Part shown: positions 28,554 through 37,959 of the stretch, in pieces
Layout: each line of letters begins with the position of its first letter
Numbering within the stretch: the first letter of the stretch is position 1
Origin: an uncultured Acidimicrobiia bacterium
GTDB lineage: Bacteria; Actinomycetota; Acidimicrobiia; Spongiisociales; UBA5794
Direction: 5' to 3'
Length of the DNA: 64,000 nucleotides
NCBI GenBank assembly: GCA_963823505.1
Contig: CAWGLY010000008.1
Location: forward strand, 373,924-437,923
Program-made: the position numbers and the translations under genes
Notes under the pieces: generated by a model
The model's database searches: none
Told to the model about the DNA's origin: nothing
The model's input: only the letters and a program-made list of their open reading frames with translations

Positions 28554-29969
28554 ATGGACGGGACCTACACCGTGAGCCAGCTCAGCGACGCGGTTGCGCG
28601 CCTCGTAGCCCGCGCCTTTCCCGACGAGCTGTGGGTCGAGGGCGAGATCAGGAACCTATCCCGGTCGCGTAACGGCCACGTGTACTTCACTCTTGTTGAC
28701 CCTGGCGTCGACCTCGATGTGGCTCCGTCGCTGCCGGTGACGCTCTTTGCCTCTGATCGTGACGCGGTCAACCGGGTGCTGATGAGGAGCGGTGCGATGC
28801 GCATGACCGACGGGGTGCATGTGCGCATCCGGGGCCGCCTCAACCACTACGCCGCACGGGGCTCGATCCAGCTGCGCATGACGTGGATCGACACCGACTT
28901 CACGGTGGGCAGGTTGGCCGCGGAACGACGGGAGTTGCTGAACAAGCTCGGCGCTGCGGGTCTCCTGGACCGCAACTCATCCCGGCCGGTCCCGACGGTC
29001 CCGCTACGGATTGGGCTGATCACCAGCATCGGCAGCGCGGCCCACGCCGACTTCGTGACGGAGCTGGAGCGAACGGGTCACGCCTACCGGCTGCTGGTAG
29101 TAGACACCCCGGTGCAAGGCATTGACGCACCGGAGCTGATCGCAGCCGCTTTGCGTCGATTGGCTTCCACTGGGGCGGAGGTCGTGGCTGTCGTCAGGGG
29201 CGGCGGTGCGCAAACGGATCTTGCAGCGTTTGACGCCGAGGTGGTCGCCACGGCCATCGCACATGCCCCGTTTCCGGTCTTCACGGGCATCGGGCACGAG
29301 ATCGACATGACGGTTGCCGATCACGTTGCGGCGCAGAACTTCAAGACCCCCACGGCTTGCGCTCACGCCGTCGCCGCGATCGTGCATACCTTCGATCGGC
29401 GGCTCAGCGAGATGGAACGGTCCGTGGCGACCGCCGGGCTCACCGGCGCCCACCAGGCGCAACGCAGGCTTGAACGTACCCATGTGCGGCTTGCGGCAAC
29501 GACTCGCATCCAGCTCATGCGCCACGGGGAGGGCCTGGGTCGGCGGACGGCCCAGCTCGAACAGCAGGCGGGACGCGCCGTGGTCTTCGCCGAGCGCCGT
29601 ATCGGTCGGTTGCGCGACCGGAGCCGGTCGGCCGTTGCGGCGGTCATTGCGGGCCACGGGCAGGCAGTTGAGGACACTGTGCGGCGGCTGCGGGCTTCCG
29701 TACCCCGGGCGGTGGCCGAACAAGAACGTGTCGTCAATGGGCTGGACGCACTGCGGCGCGTTCACGAACCCGAGCGGATGCTGGCACGCGGCTGGTCCGT
29801 CACCTATGGCGGACATGCGAGACTGGTGCGGAGCCCGCTGGACGTCGCCACAGGGGAAACCCTCCGCACCCAGACCGCAGGCGGCGCCATCTGGAGCACG
29901 GTTGGTGACACGACGGTTGTGGACGAAGGCACGGTTGCCGACGAAACAGAAACGAGGGAGTCCGAGTGA
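28554..29969 (+). CDS. xseA: exodeoxyribonuclease VII large subunit
   Basis: ATG at 28554, in frame inside the supplied 28350..29969 ORF. OB-fold N-terminus (GEIRNLSRSRNGHVYFTLVD). Catalytic region (GLITSIGSAAHADF, VVAVVRGGGAQTDLAAFD, FTGIGHEID). Confidence 0.9.
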   Translation: MDGTYTVSQLSDAVARLVARAFPDELWVEGEIRNLSRSRNGHVYFTLVDPGVDLDVAPSLPVTLFASDRDAVNRVLMRSGAMRMTDGVHVRIRGRLNHYAARGSIQLRMTWIDTDFTVGRLAAERRELLNKLGAAGLLDRNSSRPVPTVPLRIGLITSIGSAAHADFVTELERTGHAYRLLVVDTPVQGIDAPELIAAALRRLASTGAEVVAVVRGGGAQTDLAAFDAEVVATAIAHAPFPVFTGIGHEIDMTVADHVAAQNFKTPTACAHAVAAIVHTFDRRLSEMERSVATAGLTGAHQAQRRLERTHVRLAATTRIQLMRHGEGLGRRTAQLEQQAGRAVVFAERRIGRLRDRSRSAVAAVIAGHGQAVEDTVRRLRASVPRAVAEQERVVNGLDALRRVHEPERMLARGWSVTYGGHARLVRSPLDVATGETLRTQTAGGAIWSTVGDTTVVDEGTVADETETRESE

Positions 29970-30199
29970 CGGAGACCATTGGTTACGGCGACGCCATGCG
30001 TGAGCTCGAGGTCATCCTCGACGAGATCGAACGCGAGGACGTCGACGTTGACCTGCTCTCGAAGAAGGTCAAGCGTGCGGCCGAGCTGATCCGGGTGTGT
30101 CGCAGCAAGATCCACGCCACTCGCATCGAAGTCGAGGAGATCGTCGCCGGTCTCGATCCTGCCGAAACCGAAGCTGACGAGGAGGTCCAGGATGACTGA
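29966..30199 (+). CDS. xseB: exodeoxyribonuclease VII small subunit
   Basis: 77-aa acidic helical protein (GYGDAMRELEVILDEIE). GTG start overlaps the xseA stop. Confidence 0.8.
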   Translation: MTETIGYGDAMRELEVILDEIEREDVDVDLLSKKVKRAAELIRVCRSKIHATRIEVEEIVAGLDPAETEADEEVQDD

Positions 30200-30599
30200 G
30201 CACACGACGGCCCGCACGGGCTTCTTCCCCATCGTGGCCGGCGACGAGATCACGATGACGCAAGCAGGGAGCTCGGCGTTGTTCGCCGGCGGGGACGTCC
30301 GGATGGCACAAGCAGGCGCCAACTTCTTGATCGCTGGTGGGGGTGCCTCGATCGAGGAAGGCGGCGCAGTCGGGCTCGCCGCATTTGGTGACGTTGACAT
30401 CCATCGAGGCGGCGCCGCAGTGCTGGCTGCGACGGGCTCGGTGAAGGTAACGGACGGGTTCGTCGGCCTTGCCATCGGGCGTCGGGTCGCGCTGGAGAAC
30501 TCCAAGGTGGTCCTTGGGCCGCTACAGGCGGCCATGGCGGGTGCGGGGTTCGGCCTCGTGGTGGCAGCCGTCCGATTGCTCACGGGACGGCGGGGGTGA
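30192..30599 (+). CDS. glycine/alanine-rich beta-helix-like repeat protein (bactofilin-like periodicity) with C-terminal hydrophobic segment
   Basis: Five to six repeats of about 17 aa of the form xxxxGGxxxLxAxGxVx (ITMTQAGSSALFAGGDV / RMAQAGANFLIAGGGAS / IEEGGAVGLAAFGDVD / IHRGGAAVLAATGSVKV...). ATG overlaps the xseB stop (ATGACTGA). Confidence 0.45.
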   Translation: MTEHTTARTGFFPIVAGDEITMTQAGSSALFAGGDVRMAQAGANFLIAGGGASIEEGGAVGLAAFGDVDIHRGGAAVLAATGSVKVTDGFVGLAIGRRVALENSKVVLGPLQAAMAGAGFGLVVAAVRLLTGRRG

Positions 30600-31114
30600 T
30601 CTCGCAGCCCGCATCGCCCCCGTTGCCGACGCCGCGGCGCGGAGTGGAGCTGCGTCCGTGGCGAGCGGACGATGCGGCCTGGTACATCGCGGCGCGGGAC
30701 GATGCGGTGTTCGCCATGACCCGAGAACAACGTGATCTCAGCGTCGAGGCCTTCCAAGCCGCGATCGGCCCATCGCCGGAACGAACCACAGCGCTGGCCA
30801 TCGAGTCGGATGGCGAGACGGCAGGGAGCCTTCGTGTCGCCCGGTCCGGTGAGGCGGCAGAGATTTCGTACTGGGTCGCCGCCCCAGTCAGGGGGCGGGG
30901 CGTGGCGACGACGGCATTGATGATGGGCTCGGATTGGGCCGCCGCGCTCCCGGGCGTGCGCAGGCTCGAACTCGTCATCCATCCCGACAACATCCCGTCG
31001 CAACGGGTGGCGGTCAAGGCAGGCTATGCGTCTGCCGGCAGAGTGCCGGCTCCCCACGCCTGCTGCTCCGACGATGGCTTGGTCGATCTCTACGTGCGGC
31101 TGGTTGTCGCATGA
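30596..31114 (+). CDS. GNAT-family N-acetyltransferase (RimJ/RimL-like)
   Basis: Acetyl-CoA binding motif VRGRGVATTAL and the RimL-like ELVIHPDNIPSQRVAVKAGY. GTG start overlaps the previous stop. Confidence 0.7.
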   Translation: MISQPASPPLPTPRRGVELRPWRADDAAWYIAARDDAVFAMTREQRDLSVEAFQAAIGPSPERTTALAIESDGETAGSLRVARSGEAAEISYWVAAPVRGRGVATTALMMGSDWAAALPGVRRLELVIHPDNIPSQRVAVKAGYASAGRVPAPHACCSDDGLVDLYVRLVVA

Positions 31115-32508
31115 GCCGGCCCGAGCGGGGCATCTTCGTCAACCGGACGCTGAACCTTCGGTCCATCAAGGCCATCGGGTACGACATGGACTACACGCTC
31201 GTGCACTACCGGGTCGAGGAATGGGAGCAGCTCGCCTACGACCACGCCAAGGCGATTCTCAGTGCCATGGGATGGCCGGTGGCACACCTCGTTTTTGATC
31301 CCACGTCGGTGATCCGGGGGCTCGCATTGGATCTCGCCAACGGGAACCTCCTCAAGGCGACGCGCTTTGGCTACGTCATCCGTGCCGCCCATGGCACCCA
31401 GCTCCTGGAATACGACGAGATGCGACGCGCCTACGCAGGCATCACGGTCGATCTGAGCGATCCGCGCTTCGTCTTCCTGAACACGCTCTTCTCGCTCTCG
31501 GAAGCCGCCCTGTTCGGTCAACTCGTCGATCTCTTCGACGAGGGTCTGGTCCCGTCGGCGACGGGCTACGCCGGGCTCTATCGGGTGGTGCGCGACTCCG
31601 TCGATGAGGCGCACTCGGTTGGCGTGCTGAAACGTGAGATCGCCGCCGACCCCGATCGTTTTGTCGAACCTGATCCCGAGTTGGTGCCGACGCTCCTCGA
31701 CCAGATGCATGCGGGAAAGCGGCTCATGCTGATCACGAACTCCGAATGGGCCTACACGCAACAGATGATGGCGCACGCTGTGGACCCGTACCTGCCATCG
31801 GGCATGACATGGCGTGACGTCTTTGACGCCGTGATCGTCTCTGCGGTGAAGCCGGCGTTCTTCACGCTGCGCAAGCCGCTGTACAAAGTCGTGCACGAGG
31901 ACGTGGGTTTGCTGCAACCGCACGTCGGTGCCATCGAGCGAGGGAACGCCTTCTACGGCGGCTGCGCCCTCCAGGTCGAGGAGAGCCTTGGCCTGACCGG
32001 CGACGAGATCCTCTATGTGGGCGATCACCTGTTCGGGGATGTGCACGTATCGAAGGACGAGCTGCGGTGGCGCACGGCGTTGATCCTGCGGGAGATGGAG
32101 AGCGAGGTCGCCGCACAGCGAGAGTTCGCCTCGAGGCAACGGGAGTTGGAGACGTTGATGGCGCAGAAGTCGGCGCTGGAGGATGAGCTTGCCCTGCGCC
32201 GCCTCGACGATCAGCGGTCGCGGGTCGGGTACGCCGAGCCGCTCTCGGGCGACAGCGTTCGGTCGTCCGAGGTGATCCGGAGCGCACTCACCGGACTGGA
32301 TGACCGCATCTCGCCGCTGGCCGTTGCCGCAGGGCGGCTGCGCAACGACCGGTGGGGCCCGCTGCTCCGGGCCGGCATCGACAAGAGCCTGTTCGCCCGC
32401 CAAGTAGAGCGGTACGCCGACGTCTACACGTCGCGAGTCTCCAACTTCCTCGAACCGGGGCCGTTTGCGATCCTCCGAGCCGGCCGGCTCTCGCTGCCGC
32501 ACGATTGA
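31111..32508 (+). CDS. HAD-IG cytosolic-type 5'-nucleotidase family protein (PF05761)
   Basis: ATG at 31111, in frame inside the supplied 30934..32508 ORF, overlapping the GNAT stop (ATGA). cN-II-type motifs DMDYTLVHY, LMLITNSEWAYT, YVGDHLFGDV. Confidence 0.8.
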   Translation: MSRPERGIFVNRTLNLRSIKAIGYDMDYTLVHYRVEEWEQLAYDHAKAILSAMGWPVAHLVFDPTSVIRGLALDLANGNLLKATRFGYVIRAAHGTQLLEYDEMRRAYAGITVDLSDPRFVFLNTLFSLSEAALFGQLVDLFDEGLVPSATGYAGLYRVVRDSVDEAHSVGVLKREIAADPDRFVEPDPELVPTLLDQMHAGKRLMLITNSEWAYTQQMMAHAVDPYLPSGMTWRDVFDAVIVSAVKPAFFTLRKPLYKVVHEDVGLLQPHVGAIERGNAFYGGCALQVEESLGLTGDEILYVGDHLFGDVHVSKDELRWRTALILREMESEVAAQREFASRQRELETLMAQKSALEDELALRRLDDQRSRVGYAEPLSGDSVRSSEVIRSALTGLDDRISPLAVAAGRLRNDRWGPLLRAGIDKSLFARQVERYADVYTSRVSNFLEPGPFAILRAGRLSLPHD

Positions 32509-32587
32509 TCAGGGACCCAGCGGGACACTTGGCGGGAACCAACGCGGCCGCTGCGGTGTAAGACTCCTGACCGCACGTCTCGAGAGG

Positions 32588-33115
32588 ATGAAGCTGGACG
32601 AGAGCGCCTTGATCGTCAGCGCCCAGGCCGGGGATGTTGCCGCCTTTGGTGAGCTTGTCCGGCTGCATCGCGACGTCGCCTTCCGCGTGGCGTGGAGCAT
32701 CGCACCCGATCAGGCTGAGGAGGCGCTTCAGGATGGCTGCATCAAGGCGTTCAGGGCGCTCGACCGATTCCGGCCTGGGGCACCGTGGCGACCGTGGTTC
32801 ATCCGCATCGTCGCCAACGAGGCCAAGAACCGCGCCCGCGCTGCATCGCGCCGCTTGCGCCTTGCCAGACGATCGTGGGATCCGACGCTCGCCGGGTCGG
32901 CAGCATCTGCAGAAGACGAGGTCGTTGGGCACGCCGAGGCGGAGCGGGCGATCGCGGCGTTTCGCGAACTCGACGAACTGCACCGTGCGGTCGTCGTCTG
33001 CCGCATCTTCCTCGAGCTGTCTGTGGCAGAGACGGCGAGTGCGCTCGACATCCCTGAGGGAACCGTGAAGTCGCGCCTGGCGAGGGCGCTGGATCGTTTG
33101 GAGGCCATGTTGTGA
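32588..33115 (+). CDS. ECF-subfamily RNA polymerase sigma factor
   Basis: ATG at 32588, in frame inside the supplied 32465..33115 ORF. Sigma-70 region 2 (FGELVRLHRDVAFRVAWSI, FRPWFIRIVANEAKN) and region 4 (LSVAETASALDIPEGTVKSRLARA). Confidence 0.8.
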   Translation: MKLDESALIVSAQAGDVAAFGELVRLHRDVAFRVAWSIAPDQAEEALQDGCIKAFRALDRFRPGAPWRPWFIRIVANEAKNRARAASRRLRLARRSWDPTLAGSAASAEDEVVGHAEAERAIAAFRELDELHRAVVVCRIFLELSVAETASALDIPEGTVKSRLARALDRLEAML

Positions 33116-33804
33116 GCAGGATCGAGTCCACCCTGGCGGCGCTCGAAGTCGATTGGCCGGAGACCCCGGACGTGTGGCCGCAGATCGAGTCGCGGCTCGT
33201 CGCCCCGCAGAAGCCGTGGTGGCGACCCGTCGCGGTGGCGGTCGCTGTGACGATCGCCGCGGTATCGCTCGGCGCCGCCCTGCTCGCTGCCGTGCCCGCC
33301 ATCGCCGATCGGCTGGGGATCGGTGCGGTCGAGATCGAGGCAGCTCCGGTCGACGCAGCGACAAGCAGGCTGCAGCTCGGCGAACAGGTGGAAGGGACGG
33401 CAGGGGTGCCGGTGCCTGCTGAGCTGGGCACTCCTGATGCCGCGTTCGTCGCCGACGGGATCGGGTGGCTGGTCTATGCCCCTCGCCGCGACCTACCGGA
33501 GGTGCTCGAGAGCGGCGTCGGTGCTCTGGTGGCCCGGATCGACGGCGAGGCGGCGCTGGAGAAGGTCATCGACACCGCAACGACGGAGCGTCGCGACGTC
33601 ACGGTTGGCGGGGCATCCGGGATCTGGCTCGAGGGTGGCGCCCACGAGGTGTATGTCTTCGGACGAGACGGCGACGCCGGGATCGTCGAGGGCCGGCTGG
33701 CGGGCAACACGCTCATCTGGGTCGAGGGTGACGTCACCTATCGCCTGGAACTGGCATTGCCGCTGGACGACGCGCTGCGGATCGCCGAGTCGATGGAACC
33801 CTGA
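33112..33804 (+). CDS. putative membrane-anchored anti-sigma factor (single TM)
   Basis: GTG start overlaps the ECF sigma stop. Short cytoplasmic N-terminus, then TM WWRPVAVAVAVTIAAVSLGAALLAAV and an extracytoplasmic domain. Classic co-transcribed position. Confidence 0.55.
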   Translation: MSRIESTLAALEVDWPETPDVWPQIESRLVAPQKPWWRPVAVAVAVTIAAVSLGAALLAAVPAIADRLGIGAVEIEAAPVDAATSRLQLGEQVEGTAGVPVPAELGTPDAAFVADGIGWLVYAPRRDLPEVLESGVGALVARIDGEAALEKVIDTATTERRDVTVGGASGIWLEGGAHEVYVFGRDGDAGIVEGRLAGNTLIWVEGDVTYRLELALPLDDALRIAESMEP

Positions 33805-33846
33805 GCCCGTCTGCGGTGTAGGGCGGGCAACGGAAGGAGGTCCGTC

Positions 33847-34329
33847 ATGCGTCGCATCCTGCTCGCAATGGTGACCCTGATCTTTGTTGTTGCTTCCGCC
33901 CTACCCGCCGCTGCCGGCGGGTGGGCTGTCACCACGATCGTCGAGATGCCGGAGCGGTTTGTCCCCGGGCAGAATCACGACGTCGTGTTCGAGATCCGTC
34001 AGCACGGTACGACCCTGGTCACCGACATGGACGGCGTGGCGATCGTCCTCAGCCGGCTCGGTGGCGAGGAGCTTCTGACCTTTGAGGCGGTCAACCGTGG
34101 CACGCAGTGGGTCGCCAAGGTGCGTTCGCCTGCCGAGGGCTCATGGACATGGGCGGTGCAGCCCGGCTGGTTCGCCACATACGATCTCGGCACATTCCCC
34201 CTGGCCACCCCGCCGGGTGGCATTGTGCCGGACGCCGCCAGGCTCGGTGCCGGTGCTGCCGTCGCAGCACTGGGGATGCTCCTGCTCCTGCTTCTGCGCC
34301 GTCGCAGCCCCCAGCTCGCGGCCGTATGA
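33847..34329 (+). CDS. secreted hypothetical protein with signal peptide and C-terminal membrane anchor
   Basis: Signal peptide MRRILLAMVTLIFVVASALPAAAG. C-terminal hydrophobic stretch AVAALGMLLLLLL followed by RRRS. Confidence 0.45.
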   Translation: MRRILLAMVTLIFVVASALPAAAGGWAVTTIVEMPERFVPGQNHDVVFEIRQHGTTLVTDMDGVAIVLSRLGGEELLTFEAVNRGTQWVAKVRSPAEGSWTWAVQPGWFATYDLGTFPLATPPGGIVPDAARLGAGAAVAALGMLLLLLLRRRSPQLAAV

Positions 34330-34682
34330 CCCGCGTCTTCGCCATCGTCCTCGTCGTCCTGGGCGCCGTCGTCATGGCGACGGCGTTCGGTGCCGGCCCG
34401 GCAGGCGCTGTCCGGGCGGCTGACGGTGCAGCGCTCTTCGTGACCAAGGGATGTGCGGCGTGCCATTCCGCCCCTGGAATCGTCGCCATGATCGAGATCG
34501 GCCCCAACCTCTCGTCCGCTCCACCGTCGCGTGAATACCTGCGCAGGAGCATCATCGATCCGGCAGCAGACGTTGCGCCCCGATACCGCCAAGACGGCGG
34601 CGCCTACGCCGGAATGCCCGACCTCGGGCTGTCGGAGCCGGAGGTCGACGAACTGGTGGAGCTCTTGCTCGGCGAGGCGTGA
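34326..34682 (+). CDS. small class I c-type cytochrome
   Basis: ATG at 34326, in frame inside the supplied 34107..34682 ORF. Signal peptide. CAACH heme-binding motif. Distal Met candidate in GMPDLG. 118 aa. Confidence 0.65.
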   Translation: MTRVFAIVLVVLGAVVMATAFGAGPAGAVRAADGAALFVTKGCAACHSAPGIVAMIEIGPNLSSAPPSREYLRRSIIDPAADVAPRYRQDGGAYAGMPDLGLSEPEVDELVELLLGEA

Positions 34683-34715
34683 ATCCAGCAAGGGGCAGGT
34701 GACTAGCCTCGCTTT

Positions 34716-35606
34716 GTGATTCCCAGCACCCTCGAAGAAGTGGAGGCGGCGCTCGCCGCCCAGCACTACGTGGCGGACAGGTCGCTCGTTGTGGCCGTCC
34801 ACCTGGCGCTTCAGCTTGGCCGGCCGCTCTTCCTCGAGGGAGAAGCGGGTGTCGGCAAGACCGAGGTCGCCAAGGCGCTGGCCGCGATCCTCGGCGAAGA
34901 CCTCATCCGTCTGCAGTGCTACGAAGGCCTGGACGTGTCCCACGCGCTGTACGAGTGGGACTATGCCCGCCAGATGCTCGCCATCCGACTCATCGAGGCG
35001 AAAGGCGACGGCAGTCATCCCGACGTGCAGGACATCATGTCTCGGGACTACTTGGTGGCGCGTCCGCTGTTGCAGGCGATCGAACGTGGCGCAAGGGGCG
35101 AGCACACGGTGCTGTTGATCGACGAGCTGGATCGCGCCGACGAGGAGTTCGAGGCGTACCTGTTGGAGCTGCTGTCGGACTTTCAGGTCACCATCCCTGA
35201 GGTCGAAACGGTCAGAGCGACCACCCCCCCTGTCGTGATCATCACCTCGAATCGGACCCGGGAGATCCACGACGCCCTGAAGCGGCGCTGCATCTACCAC
35301 TGGATCGACTACCCGGACTACGCGCGCGAGGTGGCGATTCTGCGCGAGAGGACCCCGGACCTGCCCGATCGGCTTGCGGCGCAGCTCGCCGCCACGATGG
35401 GACGGTTGCGGGATCTCGACCTGTTCAAACCGCCCGGCGTCGCCGAGACTCTGGACTGGGCGGCGGCGTTGACGGTGTTGGGGAAAGAGGAGCTGACCGC
35501 CCCGGACATGGATGACACGCTCGGCGTCGTGCTGAAGTACCAAGAAGACATCGCACGGGTGCGCCACCTCGGTGTCGAGGGGTTACTCGGCTCGGCAGCG
35601 AGCTGA
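34716..35606 (+). CDS. MoxR-family AAA+ ATPase (CoxD-like)
   Basis: AAA_5 motifs: Walker A LEGEAGVGKT, Walker B VLLIDELDRAD, sensor VIITSNRT. Confidence 0.85.
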   Translation: MIPSTLEEVEAALAAQHYVADRSLVVAVHLALQLGRPLFLEGEAGVGKTEVAKALAAILGEDLIRLQCYEGLDVSHALYEWDYARQMLAIRLIEAKGDGSHPDVQDIMSRDYLVARPLLQAIERGARGEHTVLLIDELDRADEEFEAYLLELLSDFQVTIPEVETVRATTPPVVIITSNRTREIHDALKRRCIYHWIDYPDYAREVAILRERTPDLPDRLAAQLAATMGRLRDLDLFKPPGVAETLDWAAALTVLGKEELTAPDMDDTLGVVLKYQEDIARVRHLGVEGLLGSAAS

Positions 35607-35607
35607 C

Positions 35608-36780
35608 ATGGCGGCCGCCACGGCAGGCGGGCATGCCTTTGCGGTCAACCTGGTCCATTTCGTCCGCTACCTGAGGCGCCTCGGGGTTCCGGTCGGTCCT
35701 GGCGCATCACAGGAGCTCGCGGCGGCGATCCAGGCAGTGGGTCTCGACGACCGCACCGATCTGTACCTTGCGCTGCGGGCATGCGTCATCACCCGGCCCA
35801 GCCAGGGGACCCTGTTCGACGAGGCGTTCGATCTGTTCTTTGGCTCAGGGCGCGGCGGTTCATCCGAGCTCCAACTCGCCAGCGAGAACCGCAGCCCGGA
35901 TCGCACGACCGCCCGTGCCCAGGCCCCTGTTCTCTCTCACGAGACCGGCGCCGGCCCCGAGAGCGAGGTCGAGCAGATGAACGAAATCGCAGGTGGCTCG
36001 TATGCAGAGCGGCTCAGCCACCGCGACTTCGGGGATCTGAGTCAGGCCGAGCTGGAGCAGGTGCGACGGCTGATCGACAAGATGAACTGGAAGCCGGCCG
36101 ACACGGCTTCACGGCGGTGGGGACCGAGCAGCGCCGGCAGCCGGCCCGACCTGCGTCGCACCCTTCGTCACCTGACGGGTCCCCGAGGCGATCTTGTCCC
36201 CCTGGCTCTTGCGGAGCGGAAGACGCGCAAGCGCCCGCTTGCGGTCATCGCCGACATCAGCGGCTCGATGGAGCGGTACACGGAGCTGTTCCTGTACTTC
36301 ATCCACGCCGCACAAGGCAGGCTCGGCAGGGTCGAGTCCTTCGTGTTCGCCACCCGGCTGAGCCGGATCACCCGCGAGATGCGGCTGCGGCAGCCCGACC
36401 AGGCGCTCAAACACGTGGGCAGGGTCGTTGCGGACTGGTCCGGCGGAACCCGGATCGGCGAGGCGTTGGGCGAGTTCAATGAGCAGTGGAGCCGCCGGGT
36501 CACGCGGGGCGGTTCGATTGCGCTCATCATCTCGGACGGGTGGGACACCGGCGATCCGGAATTGCTCGACCGTGAGATGAGCCGCCTGGCGCGCTCGGTG
36601 CATCGCGTGATCTGGCTCAACCCGCTTGCGGGCCGGGCGGGGTTCGCTCCTGAAACGCGGGGGATGCGGACCGTGCTTCCCTACGTCGACGACTTTCTCG
36701 CCGCAGGCAACGTCTCCGATCTCAGAGCCGTCATCCGCCTTCTAGAGTCCATCCCGTCGAGAAGAGGCGCACGACTATGA
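35608..36780 (+). CDS. VWA-domain protein (CoxE-like), partner of MoxR ATPase
   Basis: ATG at 35608, immediately after the MoxR stop. VWA MIDAS-like DISGSM motif. Typical CoxE architecture. Confidence 0.8.
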   Translation: MAAATAGGHAFAVNLVHFVRYLRRLGVPVGPGASQELAAAIQAVGLDDRTDLYLALRACVITRPSQGTLFDEAFDLFFGSGRGGSSELQLASENRSPDRTTARAQAPVLSHETGAGPESEVEQMNEIAGGSYAERLSHRDFGDLSQAELEQVRRLIDKMNWKPADTASRRWGPSSAGSRPDLRRTLRHLTGPRGDLVPLALAERKTRKRPLAVIADISGSMERYTELFLYFIHAAQGRLGRVESFVFATRLSRITREMRLRQPDQALKHVGRVVADWSGGTRIGEALGEFNEQWSRRVTRGGSIALIISDGWDTGDPELLDREMSRLARSVHRVIWLNPLAGRAGFAPETRGMRTVLPYVDDFLAAGNVSDLRAVIRLLESIPSRRGARL

Positions 36781-37085
36781 CCAATGAGCTCGAGATCTAC
36801 GACAAGTGGACGTCCGAGGGCAAGGACGTGGCCGTTGCCACCGTGGTGCGCGTCAAAGGCTCTGCCCCCCGCGCGGAAGGGGCCAAGTTCCTCGTGTCGT
36901 CTGCAGGCGACATGGAGGGCAGCGTCAGCGGCGGGTGTGTCGAGAACGATGTTGCACTCCACGCGCAGCGAGTCATGGAGACCGGGGAGCCGGCCCTCGT
37001 GACGTACGGCATCGCCGACGAGGATGCGTTCGAGGTCGGCCTCACGTGTGGCGGCACGATCCAGGTCTTCATCGAGAAGTGGTGA
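36777..37085 (+). CDS. XdhC/CoxI-family N-terminal-domain-only protein (stand-alone)
   Basis: 102 aa. Matches the XdhC_CoxI N-domain ([20 protein letters not shown]...GSVSGGCVE). Confidence 0.6.
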   Translation: MTNELEIYDKWTSEGKDVAVATVVRVKGSAPRAEGAKFLVSSAGDMEGSVSGGCVENDVALHAQRVMETGEPALVTYGIADEDAFEVGLTCGGTIQVFIEKW

Positions 37086-37867
37086 AAGAGATCCTGACCG
37101 CCATCCGCCGGCTCCAAGACGGGGAGCGGCTTGGAGCCGTCACCACGGTGGTCGCCGGCCCGGATGTGGGGACCAAGGCCGTCATCGCCGCAAACGCAGG
37201 CTACGTCGCAGGGATCCTGCCGGACGCCCTTGCCGCGGACGTTCTCGCCGATGCCGGCCAGCTCATGGAGCACGAGCAGAGCCGGACGCTGGAATATGGC
37301 GAACGTGAGGTCTTCATCGAGACGCTGGCGCCGCAACCGCAGCTGCTCGTGTTCGGTGCCGGGCACATCGGCCAGTCGCTCGCCCGCATGGCTCCCGAGC
37401 TGGGCTTCAGGGTGATCGTCGCCGATGCTCGCAAGGCCTGGGCGACGCCGGAGCGGTTCCCTACGGTCGACCGGCTCGTGGTTGCGTGGCCTGACGCAGT
37501 GTTCGAAGAGGTCGAGCTCGACCAGCGAACGTACGTTGTGTTGCTGAGCCACGACGCCCGCTTCGAGGATCCGGTGCTCGGCGCGGTGCGCCGGGCCCCC
37601 GTCCGATACCTCGGCGCGCTCGGCAGCCGCCGCACCTCGCGAAACCGGGCCGAGCGGCTCGCAGCCGAAGGCTGGACCGAGGCTGAGATCGGCCGCATCC
37701 ATGCCCCCATCGGTATTGACATCGGCGCCGAGCAGCCGTCTGAAGTGGCGGTTTCGATCCTCGCCGAGATGGTGCAGGTGCGGTACGGGGTCGGCACCGG
37801 TCTTTCCCTCCACGGCGTGGAGGGACGCATTCACGCCCAGCGCGGCGCCGAAGACGGCACTGTCTAG
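37082..37867 (+). CDS. XdhC-family molybdenum cofactor insertion/sulfurase accessory protein (N-domain + Rossmann-like C-domain)
   Basis: GTG at 37082, in frame inside the supplied 36806..37867 ORF, overlapping the previous stop. Own N-domain ([23 protein letters not shown]) plus XdhC_C Rossmann ([28 protein letters not shown]). Confidence 0.75.
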   Translation: MKEILTAIRRLQDGERLGAVTTVVAGPDVGTKAVIAANAGYVAGILPDALAADVLADAGQLMEHEQSRTLEYGEREVFIETLAPQPQLLVFGAGHIGQSLARMAPELGFRVIVADARKAWATPERFPTVDRLVVAWPDAVFEEVELDQRTYVVLLSHDARFEDPVLGAVRRAPVRYLGALGSRRTSRNRAERLAAEGWTEAEIGRIHAPIGIDIGAEQPSEVAVSILAEMVQVRYGVGTGLSLHGVEGRIHAQRGAEDGTV

Positions 37868-37959
37868 CTCGCGCCTTCCCGCCCGTCGGGTGCAGCGGTC
37901 CGCACGTGTCGCATTGCGTCTGTAGGTTGTGGAGGAGTCTGCGATCAAGGGAGAGAGTG

